64,000 bases of DNA from an uncultured Fibrobacterota bacterium. Lineage in GTDB: Bacteria > Fibrobacterota > Chitinivibrionia > Chitinivibrionales > FEN-1185. Below are positions 1 through 9,927 of the stretch, in pieces. The first letter of the stretch is position 1. Every line of letters begins with the position of its first letter. Location: NCBI GenBank assembly GCA_963753345.1, contig CAVWBU010000027.1, forward strand, positions 96,001 through 160,000, read 5' to 3'. The notes below the pieces were generated by a model, which did no database searches, was not told where the DNA came from, and worked only from the letters and a program-made list of their open reading frames with translations. The translations under genes and the position numbers were made by a program.

Positions 1-345
1 GAGAACGGATTTCTTGTCGTCGCAGGATTCGATTCCAGCATCAACAAACTCGAAACCATTACGACGTCGGTGGAATTGTTCCCGGCGCACGAAATCACCG
101 AGGTCGTGAAGAGAAAAGGAATCGAAATAGGCGTGATCGCCGTTCCTTCGAAGGCGGCGCAGGAAACCGCCGACAGGCTCATCGACGGGGGAATACGGGG
201 AATCATTAATTTTTCGCCCGCATCCCTCAAGCCGAAGAACAATGTTATGATCCGCAACCTCGATCTGGTCGGCGAGTGTATGATTTTGTCAACATTACTT
301 TCATTTGAAGAGGGCGCGGCCCGCAACGAAACGGCATCAGTCTGA
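1..345 (+). CDS. rex: Redox-sensing transcriptional repressor Rex, C-terminal part (5' end outside window)
   Basis: Frame 1 is open from base 1 (ENGFLVVAGFDS...IEIGVIAVP...AQETAD...GIRGIINFSP), the typical Rex NAD(H)-binding C-terminal domain. Confidence 0.85.
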   Translation, partial: ENGFLVVAGFDSSINKLETITTSVELFPAHEITEVVKRKGIEIGVIAVPSKAAQETADRLIDGGIRGIINFSPASLKPKNNVMIRNLDLVGECMILSTLLSFEEGAARNETASV

Positions 346-442
346 TCACAAGACGCTCTGTTTCGCATGGAAAGAAGACCAATGAGCAATAATGTTCCCG
401 TTACCGCCATACAACCCAATGCAACCATCAAAGGAGGACCGC

Positions 443-1525
443 ATGGCCCGCGTGTTTAACTTCTCTGCCGGACCGGCAGTGCTGCCGGAACCGGTGCTCA
501 AAAAAGCAGCCGCAGAAATGCTCGATTGCAACGGAAGCGGAATGTCCGTTATGGAAATGAGCCACCGCTCCAAGGATTTCGAGGCGATTATAGGCGGCGC
601 GGAGGAGCATCTGCGCAGGCTCATGAATATTCCGGCAAACTTCAAGATATTGTTTCTCCAGGGCGGAGCGTCCACCCAGTTCGCCATGGTTCCGCTTAAC
701 CTGATGTCGAGAAGCGGCAAGGCGGACTTTATCAATACCGGGACATGGTCCAAGAAGGCGATATCCGAGGCAAAGCGCTACGGCGCGGCAAACGTGATTG
801 CCACATCGGAAGACAAAAACTTTTCCTACATACCAAAGGTAGCGAAAGAGAAGTTCGATGCCCATGCGAGCTATGTGCACATCACCACCAACAACACCAT
901 CGAAGGAACCAAGTACAATGCGCTTCCCGACGCCGGCGCCGTGCCGCTCGTTGCCGACATGTCGTCCAATATTCTTTCGGAAGCGACGGACGTGACGAAA
1001 TTCGGGCTCATCTACGCGGGTGCGCAGAAGAACATCGGCCCGGCCGGCGTCACCGTGGTGATCGTGAGGGAAGACCTGATCGGCAAGGCGCTGCCGATCA
1101 CTCCTACCATGCTCAACTATGAGACGCATGCTAAGGAGAAGTCCCTGTACAACACGCCGCCGACCTACGGTATTTACATCGCGAAACTGGTGTTCGAGTG
1201 GATGCTTGACATGGGCGGCGTTCCGGCAATGGAGAAAATCAATCGGGGAAAGGCGAAAATCCTGTACGATTTCATCGACGGGTCCGCCCTTTTCAAAGGA
1301 ACCGCAGCAAAGGAAGACCGTTCCATCATGAACGTGCCTTTCACGCTTCCCTCCGACGAACTCACCGACAAGTGCCTCAAGGAGGCGAAACAGAACGGCC
1401 TGGTGCAGCTCAAAGGCCATCGAAGCGTTGGCGGCTTGCGCGCCAGCATCTACAACGCCATGCCGGTTGACGGAGTGAAGAAGCTTGTTGATTTTCTGAA
1501 GAAGTTCGAAGCGTCGAATAAGTAG
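443..1525 (+). CDS. serC: Phosphoserine aminotransferase
   Basis: FNFSAGPAVLP, EMSHRS, GAQKNIGPAG (PLP lysine), GHRSVGG; AAGGAGG RBS precedes the ATG at 443. Confidence 0.97.
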   Translation: MARVFNFSAGPAVLPEPVLKKAAAEMLDCNGSGMSVMEMSHRSKDFEAIIGGAEEHLRRLMNIPANFKILFLQGGASTQFAMVPLNLMSRSGKADFINTGTWSKKAISEAKRYGAANVIATSEDKNFSYIPKVAKEKFDAHASYVHITTNNTIEGTKYNALPDAGAVPLVADMSSNILSEATDVTKFGLIYAGAQKNIGPAGVTVVIVREDLIGKALPITPTMLNYETHAKEKSLYNTPPTYGIYIAKLVFEWMLDMGGVPAMEKINRGKAKILYDFIDGSALFKGTAAKEDRSIMNVPFTLPSDELTDKCLKEAKQNGLVQLKGHRSVGGLRASIYNAMPVDGVKKLVDFLKKFEASNK

Positions 1526-1535
1526 GAAACAAACT

Positions 1536-1562
1536 CACCACAGAGACACGGAGAACACAGAG
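1536..1562 (+). repeat. Short degenerate tandem repeat (CACAGAG-type)
   Basis: CACCACAGAGACACGGAGAACACAGAG in the serC-serA spacer. Confidence 0.55.
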
Positions 1563-1583
1563 AAGAAACCGGAGGAGCAACAA

Positions 1584-2756
1584 ATGTTCAAAATACAAAC
1601 GCTCAACAAGATTTCCACCGTAGGCATTGAGATCTTCCCGCGTGACAACTACGAAATCGCGTCGGAGATCGTGCATCCCGACGCGGTCCTGGTCCGCAGC
1701 GCCGACATGCATGAAATGCAGTTTGCCGAATCGCTCAAGGCCATTGCGCGCGCGGGCGCCGGCGTCAATAACATTCCCGTCGACAAGTGCTCAGAAAAGG
1801 GCGTCGTGGTGATGAACACGCCCGGTGCCAACGCCAACAGCGTAAAGGAACTGGTCATCGCTGCGTTGCTTATGTCGTCGCGACGGCTTGTCGCGGGGAT
1901 TCAATGGGCCAAGAGTCTGGCCGGAAAGGGCGACGAGGTGCCCAAACTCATTGAGAAGGGCAAGACCAATTTCGAAGGACCTGAAATCAAGGGCAAGCGG
2001 CTTGGCGTGATAGGGCTCGGCGCCATCGGCGTGAAGGTCGCCAACGACGCGGTCTCGATGGGCATGGAGGTGACGGGGTACGATCCCGTTATCTCGGTTG
2101 AGGCCGCGTGGGAGTTGTCGCGGACTGTCAAGCGCGCGCTGTCGCTCGACAGCCTCATTGCCAAGTCCGACTACATCACGCTGCATGTGCCGCTCAACGA
2201 CAAGACCAAGAGCATGCTTAACAAAGACAAGTTCGCGCTCATGAAGAAGGGCGTTCGGATCCTCAATTTCGCACGGGGCGGGCTGGTGAAAAACGAGGAC
2301 CTCAAGGCCGCCATCAAGGACGGCACGGTGGCCGCATACGTCACCGATTTCCCGGACGAAGACCTGCTCGCCATCGACAGCGTGATTCCCGTGCCGCACT
2401 TGGGCGCGTCCACGCCCGAGGCCGAGGACAACTGCGCGGTGATGGCCGTGAACCAGATCCGTAATTTTCTGGAATACGGCAACATCAAGAACTCGGTGAA
2501 CTTTCCGGACTGCGAGATGGACCCGTCCGGAAAGGCGCGCATCCTGGTGGGAAACAGGAACATTCCCAACATGGTGGGGCAGATCACCACGCTCCTGGCC
2601 GCCGAGAAGATCAACATCGCCGACATGCTCAACAAGAGCAAGGGCGACCTCGCCTACAACATCATAGACGTTGACAGTGTGATAAACGAGGGGGCGCTGG
2701 CCAAGCTGCGGGCGATTGAGGGAATTATCATGGTGAGGGTGCTGGAGAAAAAATAG
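1584..2756 (+). CDS. serA: D-3-phosphoglycerate dehydrogenase with C-terminal ACT domain
   Basis: RAGAGVNNI, GxGxIG, LNFARG, PHLGAST, ACT-like C-terminus; follows serC; GGAGGAG RBS. Confidence 0.93.
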   Translation: MFKIQTLNKISTVGIEIFPRDNYEIASEIVHPDAVLVRSADMHEMQFAESLKAIARAGAGVNNIPVDKCSEKGVVVMNTPGANANSVKELVIAALLMSSRRLVAGIQWAKSLAGKGDEVPKLIEKGKTNFEGPEIKGKRLGVIGLGAIGVKVANDAVSMGMEVTGYDPVISVEAAWELSRTVKRALSLDSLIAKSDYITLHVPLNDKTKSMLNKDKFALMKKGVRILNFARGGLVKNEDLKAAIKDGTVAAYVTDFPDEDLLAIDSVIPVPHLGASTPEAEDNCAVMAVNQIRNFLEYGNIKNSVNFPDCEMDPSGKARILVGNRNIPNMVGQITTLLAAEKINIADMLNKSKGDLAYNIIDVDSVINEGALAKLRAIEGIIMVRVLEKK

Positions 2757-2778
2757 ATCAAGTACGCAAGGAAACATC

Positions 2779-2821
2779 CAGGGCGTTCCACCGCAGCCGC
2801 GTGGGAACGCCCTGTTTTTTT
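2779..2821 (+). terminator. Intrinsic terminator after serC-serA
   Basis: CAGGGCGTTCC ... GGAACGCCCTG stem followed by a T-run. Confidence 0.85.
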
Positions 2822-2846
2822 GACCCGGGCCGACGGAGAAAAACCG

Positions 2847-5800
2847 CTACATTCTCGCCACGCAGGCGTAGTAATCCGGCTGGTCGATGAGTTCCCAGTT
2901 GTCAAAGTCAAATCCGAGCGAGAAGGTGATGTGGTCGCCGCCGTAGGGTGCAGGACGGTTGAAGCCGTAGTCGTAGCGGAGGTCGAGGGCGACGGGAAAA
3001 CCGAACGAATGTGCCTTGAGCCGGAGTTCGGCCCCGGCCGACGAGATCCAGTCCTGCTTGTGAAAGGTGAGGATGTCCGAGGGCTTTTGCCAGCAGCCGC
3101 CTGCAGAAAAATTCACGGCGCCGTACAGCTGGTCCACATTGAGAAACCAGAATTTCCATCCGATCTGCGTGGTGGGCCAGAGCGGAAAGCGGTAGGCGAG
3201 ATTGACGGATGCAACTGCATTGCCGGTCACGAGCACGGTGTCGTACACGATGGAGTCGGCGCCGGCCGTCGTCTTGAGCGTGTCGCGGAAGAAATACGTG
3301 TAGCCCTTTATCCACTCGATGGGCTTGTAGTAGGAGGGAAGGTCCTTTGGGGAATAGTTCGTTCCGAAAATCTTGTTGCTGACCATTTCATTCGGGACTA
3401 CGCCAATGGCCTGAACTTCGGCGTACAGATCGTGCTTGTCGTACCAGGGAGTGGACATGCCGCCCTTGAGGGTAAGGTCAAGCTCGTGGTACTTGAAGAT
3501 GTCGTAGTTTTCCGTGAGTTTGCCGTTTTCGACCGTCACTCCCTTTGCGTTGAGCAGGTCCTGGTTCCAGTAATTGTATTGCAGCCTCGCGGCGAGCCCG
3601 CGGGGCGAGATAAAAGACCGCTGGTCGTGCTCGGGTGCAAGAAGGGAGAGAAATGCGCCGGCACGATACCCCTGGGCAAGATCGTAGGTGAGGTCCTTGT
3701 AGCCGGGCATATACTGGTCGAACGCCTCGGCGATGAGCAGGTAGACCTCGTACCAGTTGTAGCTTCCGAGCAGGTGAAGGTTGAGCCCCTCGGCGAGCGG
3801 ATGCGACAGCATGAGATCCACGTAGCGGAGGGTGATCTGATAGTTGAGCTGCTGCAACTGAGCGATGCCGAGAGAGTCGTCGGTCATGTAGAAGTAATCG
3901 CTCTGCGTGATGCCGCGTTGCATGAAGTCGAACGATGCGTCGACGGGCAGGGCTTTGGTCGCGGCAAATGCGCCGAGGTCGTAGTTGACTTTCCTGCCGA
4001 AGAACCCCTGGTCAAGGTTGATAAACTGGAAAATCTTGTCCGGTTCGAGGAAAAGGTACGCGCCCATCTGCGAGCCCATGCCGATTGCCGCAAGCGGGTC
4101 GTCGAGAAACGCGAGCACGCCCGCCTTAAAGATCATTTGGCCCTGGAACACGTTGTAAATCTGGGGCACGGCTTCTTCCCAGATCAAGGTCGGGACAATC
4201 ATGAACATGGTGGGAAAATACGAATAGGGCCGCGCCTCTCCGGCCCGGCTGGCGTCGATTGACACGGCGCGCACCGTGTCGGAACCCGTGAACAGGGAAT
4301 CGGAGTGCAGGGTGTCAAGTGCGCGCACCGTGTCGATGAGGTAGATGCCGTAACCGTCCTTATCGTAGTTCGCGCATACGAGACGTTTTCCGTCTTTGGA
4401 GACATCCGGCGAAAACGCTCCGCCGGACACGTTGGTGAGACGCGAAAGGTCTCTGCTTTCGGTGTTGTATCGGTAAATGTTAAAAATACCAGTGCGGTCC
4501 GACGAGAAATAGAGATTCCTGCCGTCCGCCGAATAGCGCGGATCGCGGTCGTCGTGGCCAGCCGTTCTTCATCATGGCAAACTGGTGCGTGAGCGTGTCG
4601 TAGATGCCGATCTTCCGGTACCCGGTGTCGATGTAGCTTATGGCGATGTGCCTGCCGTCCGCGTTCCAGTCGAGACTGTAGATGTACTTGAGGAGCGTGG
4701 CGCGTTCCGGGTGTACCGTGTCCGGATAGACAATCACGCTGTTCTTGCCGCTCGTATCCATGATGCACAGGTAGAATTTGTCAATTTCACGGCGGATGCA
4801 GGCAAGCTTTTCTCCGGTGGGCGAAAACACGGCGCCGAACACCCGCATGCGTTTGGTGACCTGGCGTTCGGACTTACGCTTGAACGGCGCGAACTTCGCC
4901 TTTTCGGGCGGGAGCGTATCGATAAAGGCGTCGAACGCGCGGTCGCCTCCTTCGTTGGGCGGCATCAGCGACTTGGGCGATTTCATGCTGGTGTAGGCGA
5001 TAAGCCCGGAGGCCGGGTGAATGGAATAGAACGTGGCAATGCCCTTCTCCTCCTTTATCCTTTTGTCTTCCTTGACCGTATCGACGAGACTGTACGAATA
5101 CAGGCTTTTCGAATAAAAAGAGTAATCGGCCTTGCCGTTTCCGATAAAGAATATCTTCTTCTGGTCCGGCGAGAACTTGGGCCAGTAGTTGTCGTATCCG
5201 TCCTTGTTGACTTTCACGCCGTACACCTGTTTTCCAAGTTTTTTCACCTGGTCGGTGTAGGTTCGCTCGAGCGAAGTCTTCCATTCGGCGTACAGTTGAC
5301 GTCCGGTAATGCCGAGCACGGCTTTCACCGCCTTGTCGAAGTCGAGCCGGTACACGTGGGCGCAATTGTGGAGGATAGCCGCCACCTTGTCGTAGCCCCA
5401 TGTGGCGGCGATGTAGCGTACCAGGGAAAACCCGTGGTTGTACGTTTTTTCAAAATCCTGCCCCTGTCCGGCGAATTCACACATCCGGTCCCACGAGAGA
5501 AGGTTGTGCGACACGGTGAGGCTGCGAAGGATCATTTCGCGGTGGGTGTCCCAGGAATCGGTGCCATAGCGCGAGTCCTCGAATTGCGCGATGCCCTCGG
5601 AAAACCAGGGCGGCAGAATGTCGTTGGGGAACACGTGGAGCGCTTCCACGCGGTTGGGGTCGTTGGGATGCGAGAAATAGCCGATCTGGAGTAATGCAAC
5701 CTCCGGGGCGAACTTGAAGCTTGACGTGATGGAAACCTCGTGCGCGTATTCGTGCGTGATGACGCCCTTGAGCCAGTCGTGCGTGCCGCGTTCGTTGATG

Positions 5801-6168
5801 TCGAAATCGTGCACCCAGATGGTGATGAAGTTGTGGATCGGATCGGTAAAACCGTTGGTTATTTCACCGTCGATCACCAGCACCTTTGTCTTGGCGTGAA
5901 GGACAATTCCATAAGTTTTCGAGTAAATGCCGTAGAGGTGCTCGAACTGGACGTCCGCCTCCCGGGCAATGCGTTCCAATCCCTGAGTGTAGGTGATTGA
6001 GAAATGCGGGCTTTCTATTGTGTAAACCTTGGTGCCGAAGGCGTTCCAGTTCAGATTGTCGTCCTGGGCAAGGGCCGGCCCGCGCATGACAAGCACGAGG
6101 GTGACAAGAGCCGGGAACGCAAAGGAAAGGGCGCAGAAACGCCGCTTTCCGGCGGTGAGGGGGCTCAC
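2847..6168 (-). CDS. Secreted/outer-membrane protein: HExxH peptidase-like domain, TolB/PD40 propeller and probable C-terminal beta-barrel; frameshifted near 4560
   Basis: GTG at 6168 overlaps the upstream stop (GTGA) and is followed by a signal-like N-terminus. HEYAH...PWFSEGIA; PD40-like repeats (PKFSPD, AVFSPTG, LDWNADG). The repeat pattern continues (DDRDPRYSADG, PDVSKDG) in the frame of ORF 2847..4430. Aromatic beta-rich C-terminus. Confidence 0.75.
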
Positions 6169-9100
6169 TTGACGACCGCCATTTTCCAGAGGGAAACGTA
6201 CTTCGTGCCGCCGACCACGGCCTCCATCCTGCAGCGGTACACGCCCGGGCCGTAGGTGTCCAGCGAAACCGGCGAAAGTTCGTTGTAGTCCGGGAAGCTG
6301 CCCGAAAGCCCGGTCTTGGAAAGCACGTGAAGTCCCGCCATGGTGAACACGTCGAGCCGCACGTTTTGCGCGGGGGCCGAGAACTTGTATTTGAACCAGA
6401 CATAGCGGCTGCCGTTTGTCGGATTGGGATACGAAAAGAACGTTATGGGCGCACTTTCGCGCACCAGGGCCGTCAGCGCCGGGCCGAGATAGGCGAAACA
6501 GCGGGTGCCGTCGTACCCGGCCTGCCGCCACAGGATCGAGTCGCCGATGACCGCGTTTCCGAGTTTCCACCGGTACACCCAGCCGTTTGCCCCCACGGCA
6601 ATGAGGTTGTTGGAACCGTCGCTGTCGAAATCGTCGAGGAGCGGCGACGCGGCGCCGGGCGCGCCCATGGTGAGCGGCCACTGTCGAAAAAAGCTGAGTT
6701 CGCGCCGATGTTAAACAGCGGCCGTCTTCCTGTTTTGTCAAGGGCATCCACGAATCCGCCGGGCAAAACAATGGGAAGCACGAGGGAATCGCCGAACACG
6801 AGCGCCGAATCGATGAATCCCGCGGAAAGGCCCTTCAGGGTGTCCGTCGACCCGTCGGCAAGGGTGTAGATGAGTGTTCCGGTCGCGGCGCTCGAGGTTA
6901 TGATTTTGCCGACTTGCCAGGTGTTATTGTCGCCCGTTGCAGAGCCGAACAGAACAAGCGGATTACCGGAGGCTGCAAATTTCGTGACTGCGGGCGAAGA
7001 GATAATGTTACCGCGCCAGAATCTATTGTCGAGTATGGCGGGCCATCCGGCAATGGACACGCCCTTGTAGTTCAGCGCGTACACGCCGCTGGTCCCTCCG
7101 GCCAGGATGTCGAGGCAGCCGTCGCCGTTGATGTCGGCGAGGGACGGCGGCGCAAGGTTGACGGGAAGCGCATGACGGTCGGTCGACGTGTCGAGCGCAG
7201 ACGCCCACTGGTTTGGAAGGCTGTTCCATCCCGGGAGCAGCGTAAGCCCAGTCGTGAACGCCCAGAGCCCTTTGCGGCTGTCGCACACGACAATTTCCGG
7301 CATGCCGTCGTTGTTGATGTCGCCCGTGACAAGCGAGTAAGGCGCGATGCCGCCCTGGATCTTTACACAGCGCAGGGGGCTTTGGGTGCCGACGGCGAGA
7401 AGAGACAGGCTGTCGTTCGACTGGATGCACACGAGACTGTCCGGAAATTTCGGCAGCGCGGCAAGGGCGCACACGGCGCTGTTGCCGCCGAGGCGGATCG
7501 AGTCGGATGCGGCCGTCATGGCCGCCGTGTCGCCGATCATCACCATGCCGTTCGAACAGCCGATTGCCCAGTATCTTCCCTGCATCTTGCAAACATAGGT
7601 GGACGGCGTCCAGGTAAATGCCGGCGTTGTATCAATCGATCGTGACGTGTCGGAGACGCTTGACACAAGATAAAACCGTTTTGTGAGCGACGGAATAACG
7701 AGCCTGCCGCTGACGACCGTGGGGAAGGTGAAGGCGCCGGCAAGAGAATCGTAGCCGACCGTGTCGGCCTGGACCGTCTGGTTTGTCTGCGTCACGTTGA
7801 TGGCGGTGCCCTGGACCGCGCCCCGCAGGTTGCTGTAGGGGACAACGACCGGTGGCTTGGATTGGTGGAGGATCTGATTCCCCGCAGGCCACACGTACAG
7901 CCTGCCGCTCTGCGACAGGAGCGCCAGTTTTTTTGATTTACCCGAGCCGAACACGGCCGGTTCGAAATACTTCTCCGGTACGGTGCGCTTGGGCCAGCCC
8001 GGCACGAGAAAGTTCCAATTCACCTTGACCGTGAAGAAGCTGTCGGCGAAATTGCGCACGAGCGAGCCGTAGACGAGGGACTGCTGATCGAGTTTCCCCG
8101 CCGTGCCGGCTGTGTCGAACTTGATTGACAAATAGGTCTTTCCGCCGTCGTTGCTCGTGGTGGGCGGCTTGGTAAACGGGGCCATGCTGTCGATGAGAAT
8201 CGTTTTGCCCGTGGAATCGGTCTTCAGGTGGGGGAATACGTCTTCCTCGCCGCCGAAATCAAAAACCGGGTTGTAGAAGATGTCCCTTCCCTCAATGCCC
8301 AAATCGTTGATGCCGTCGGCCTCCTCGAGCTTGACTGCCTTGTAGTTGGAATCGGCGTTGAGCAGGTCGTAGTTGATCCTGTCGCGAATGATGTCTTCGT
8401 CGACATGCCATACGAGAATGCCCGAGGCAGGAATGCCGACGTCGTAGTTGGTGGCGGAAATGATGACGTGCGAATCGTCGTTTGAAAGCGAGTCGGTCAC
8501 CAGGCGCGAATCGAGGTTGACCGGTGTGTACGGGTCGATGAGAATGGTGTCGTGCGTTCCGGTGAGCGTGTCCCATTTGAAAATCGCGCGGGCGCCGGTG
8601 AGGTTGCGCTGCCGGTTTTCGATGAGGTAATATTCGTGGCTGTTGATGGGAACCTGCAGAATGGTGGTGTCGCCGGAGACCGAGGCGCTCAGGGCCTTGA
8701 GCCGGCACGTATTCGCGTCGCCCGCGCGGACCGGAACAACAGGGTCCCAGCCCATGAAGGCGCGCACCCAGGCCGAGGGCCAGGGAGGGATAAAGCCGCT
8801 TGCCGCGGAGTAGCCGTAGGGATCCATGATGCAGAAACCGCCCACGGCCGTCATGCCGCTCGACGTTGAAAAAAGATCCGGAATTCCGATTTGTCGCGCA
8901 ATTTGGTTCACCATGATGCCGTGGATGCCGAAGTTGAGCCCGTCCTGATTCGATGTCTCCGAACACATCATCACTTCGTCTATCACGATGGTCGAATCGC
9001 CGGCGCCGTACACCTTCACGCCCACGGTGTCCATGGCGAGCGTATCCTTGAAGAACTGGAAGAACTGCCTGGAAATGAACGCGTCGATCATGTCCGACGG

Positions 9101-9847
9101 CGTGTTTGCCGCGGCCGAGCCCTGGGTGCCGCCGTCGGTGAGAAACGACGCGCCCGCGTGGATGATCATGAAGACGGTCGGATTGCCCAGGGAGTCCACC
9201 ACGGTTCCGTCGGGCAGCTGCCGAAGCGAGGTGAATGGGCCGCCGGCATTATTGGCGCTCTTGATCGCGTCGGCGGCAAACCTCATGAGCCCGACGGTCT
9301 TGCGCTCGTAGTAGGTGTCCCACGTTTGATTCTTGGGCTTGTATCCCGGAGAGTACTCGCTCATGGGATTGGGGACCGAGTACATCACGTTGCCGTTCGT
9401 GGGGTAGACCGTGTAGTCGATGACGAATTGTCCGCGCGACACCGTCGAAAAGTACTTCTTTACATAGTGAAACTGGCTGTTGAAATAGGAGAGGTCGTGG
9501 GGAAGATTGTCGTATTTGTAGACCGTGTCTGCGCTGTAGTACTGCTGCTCCTGCGGGTCGTGCCCGATGCCGAACAGCCCGTCGCCGGTGGTGAGAGGGC
9601 TGGTGTCGCTCTTGAATTCAACTCTGAATGCAACGACGTGCACTACGCTGGGTCCGCTGGCCGTGCGCTTGAACAGCAGCGAGCCGCCGTGGTTGGCGGC
9701 TGTTTCCACCACGTGTTTCTTCGATGATGCGCCGATAAGTTTTGCAAGAGCGGCCGGGAGCGGAGCGGAGGTCGCATGCTGCGCTGCCGCGAACAGCACC
9801 AGAGCGCAGCATAACGCGGCGACGCGGTGAAGACGGTGTGATGTCAC
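6165..9847 (-). CDS. M6 (immune inhibitor A)-like protein with FG-GAP repeats and T9SS-type C-terminal domain; frameshifted near 6690
   Basis: Signal peptide; M6-like segments IIHAG, GIPDLF, FCIMD, SAWVR, EYYLIENRQ, GILVWHVDE, EEADG; FG-GAP repeats (GDINNDG, ADINGDG). ORF 6165..6668 supplies the last repeat and the YPNP...GVY...K sorting domain. Confidence 0.75.
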
Positions 9848-9927
9848 GGTGTGAATTCCAATGGTTGCTCTTCTTTGTCACATTGTGCGCCGCTGCGGGC
9901 AAGAAGGCGCTGTGGAGAAACGAGCCG

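Noticed and set aside
2820-5694. Long plus-strand ORFs (2820..4262, 4585..5694) and many similar antisense ORFs across the window
   Set aside because: They are shadows of real genes on the opposite strand in GC-rich DNA and carry no recognisable motifs.
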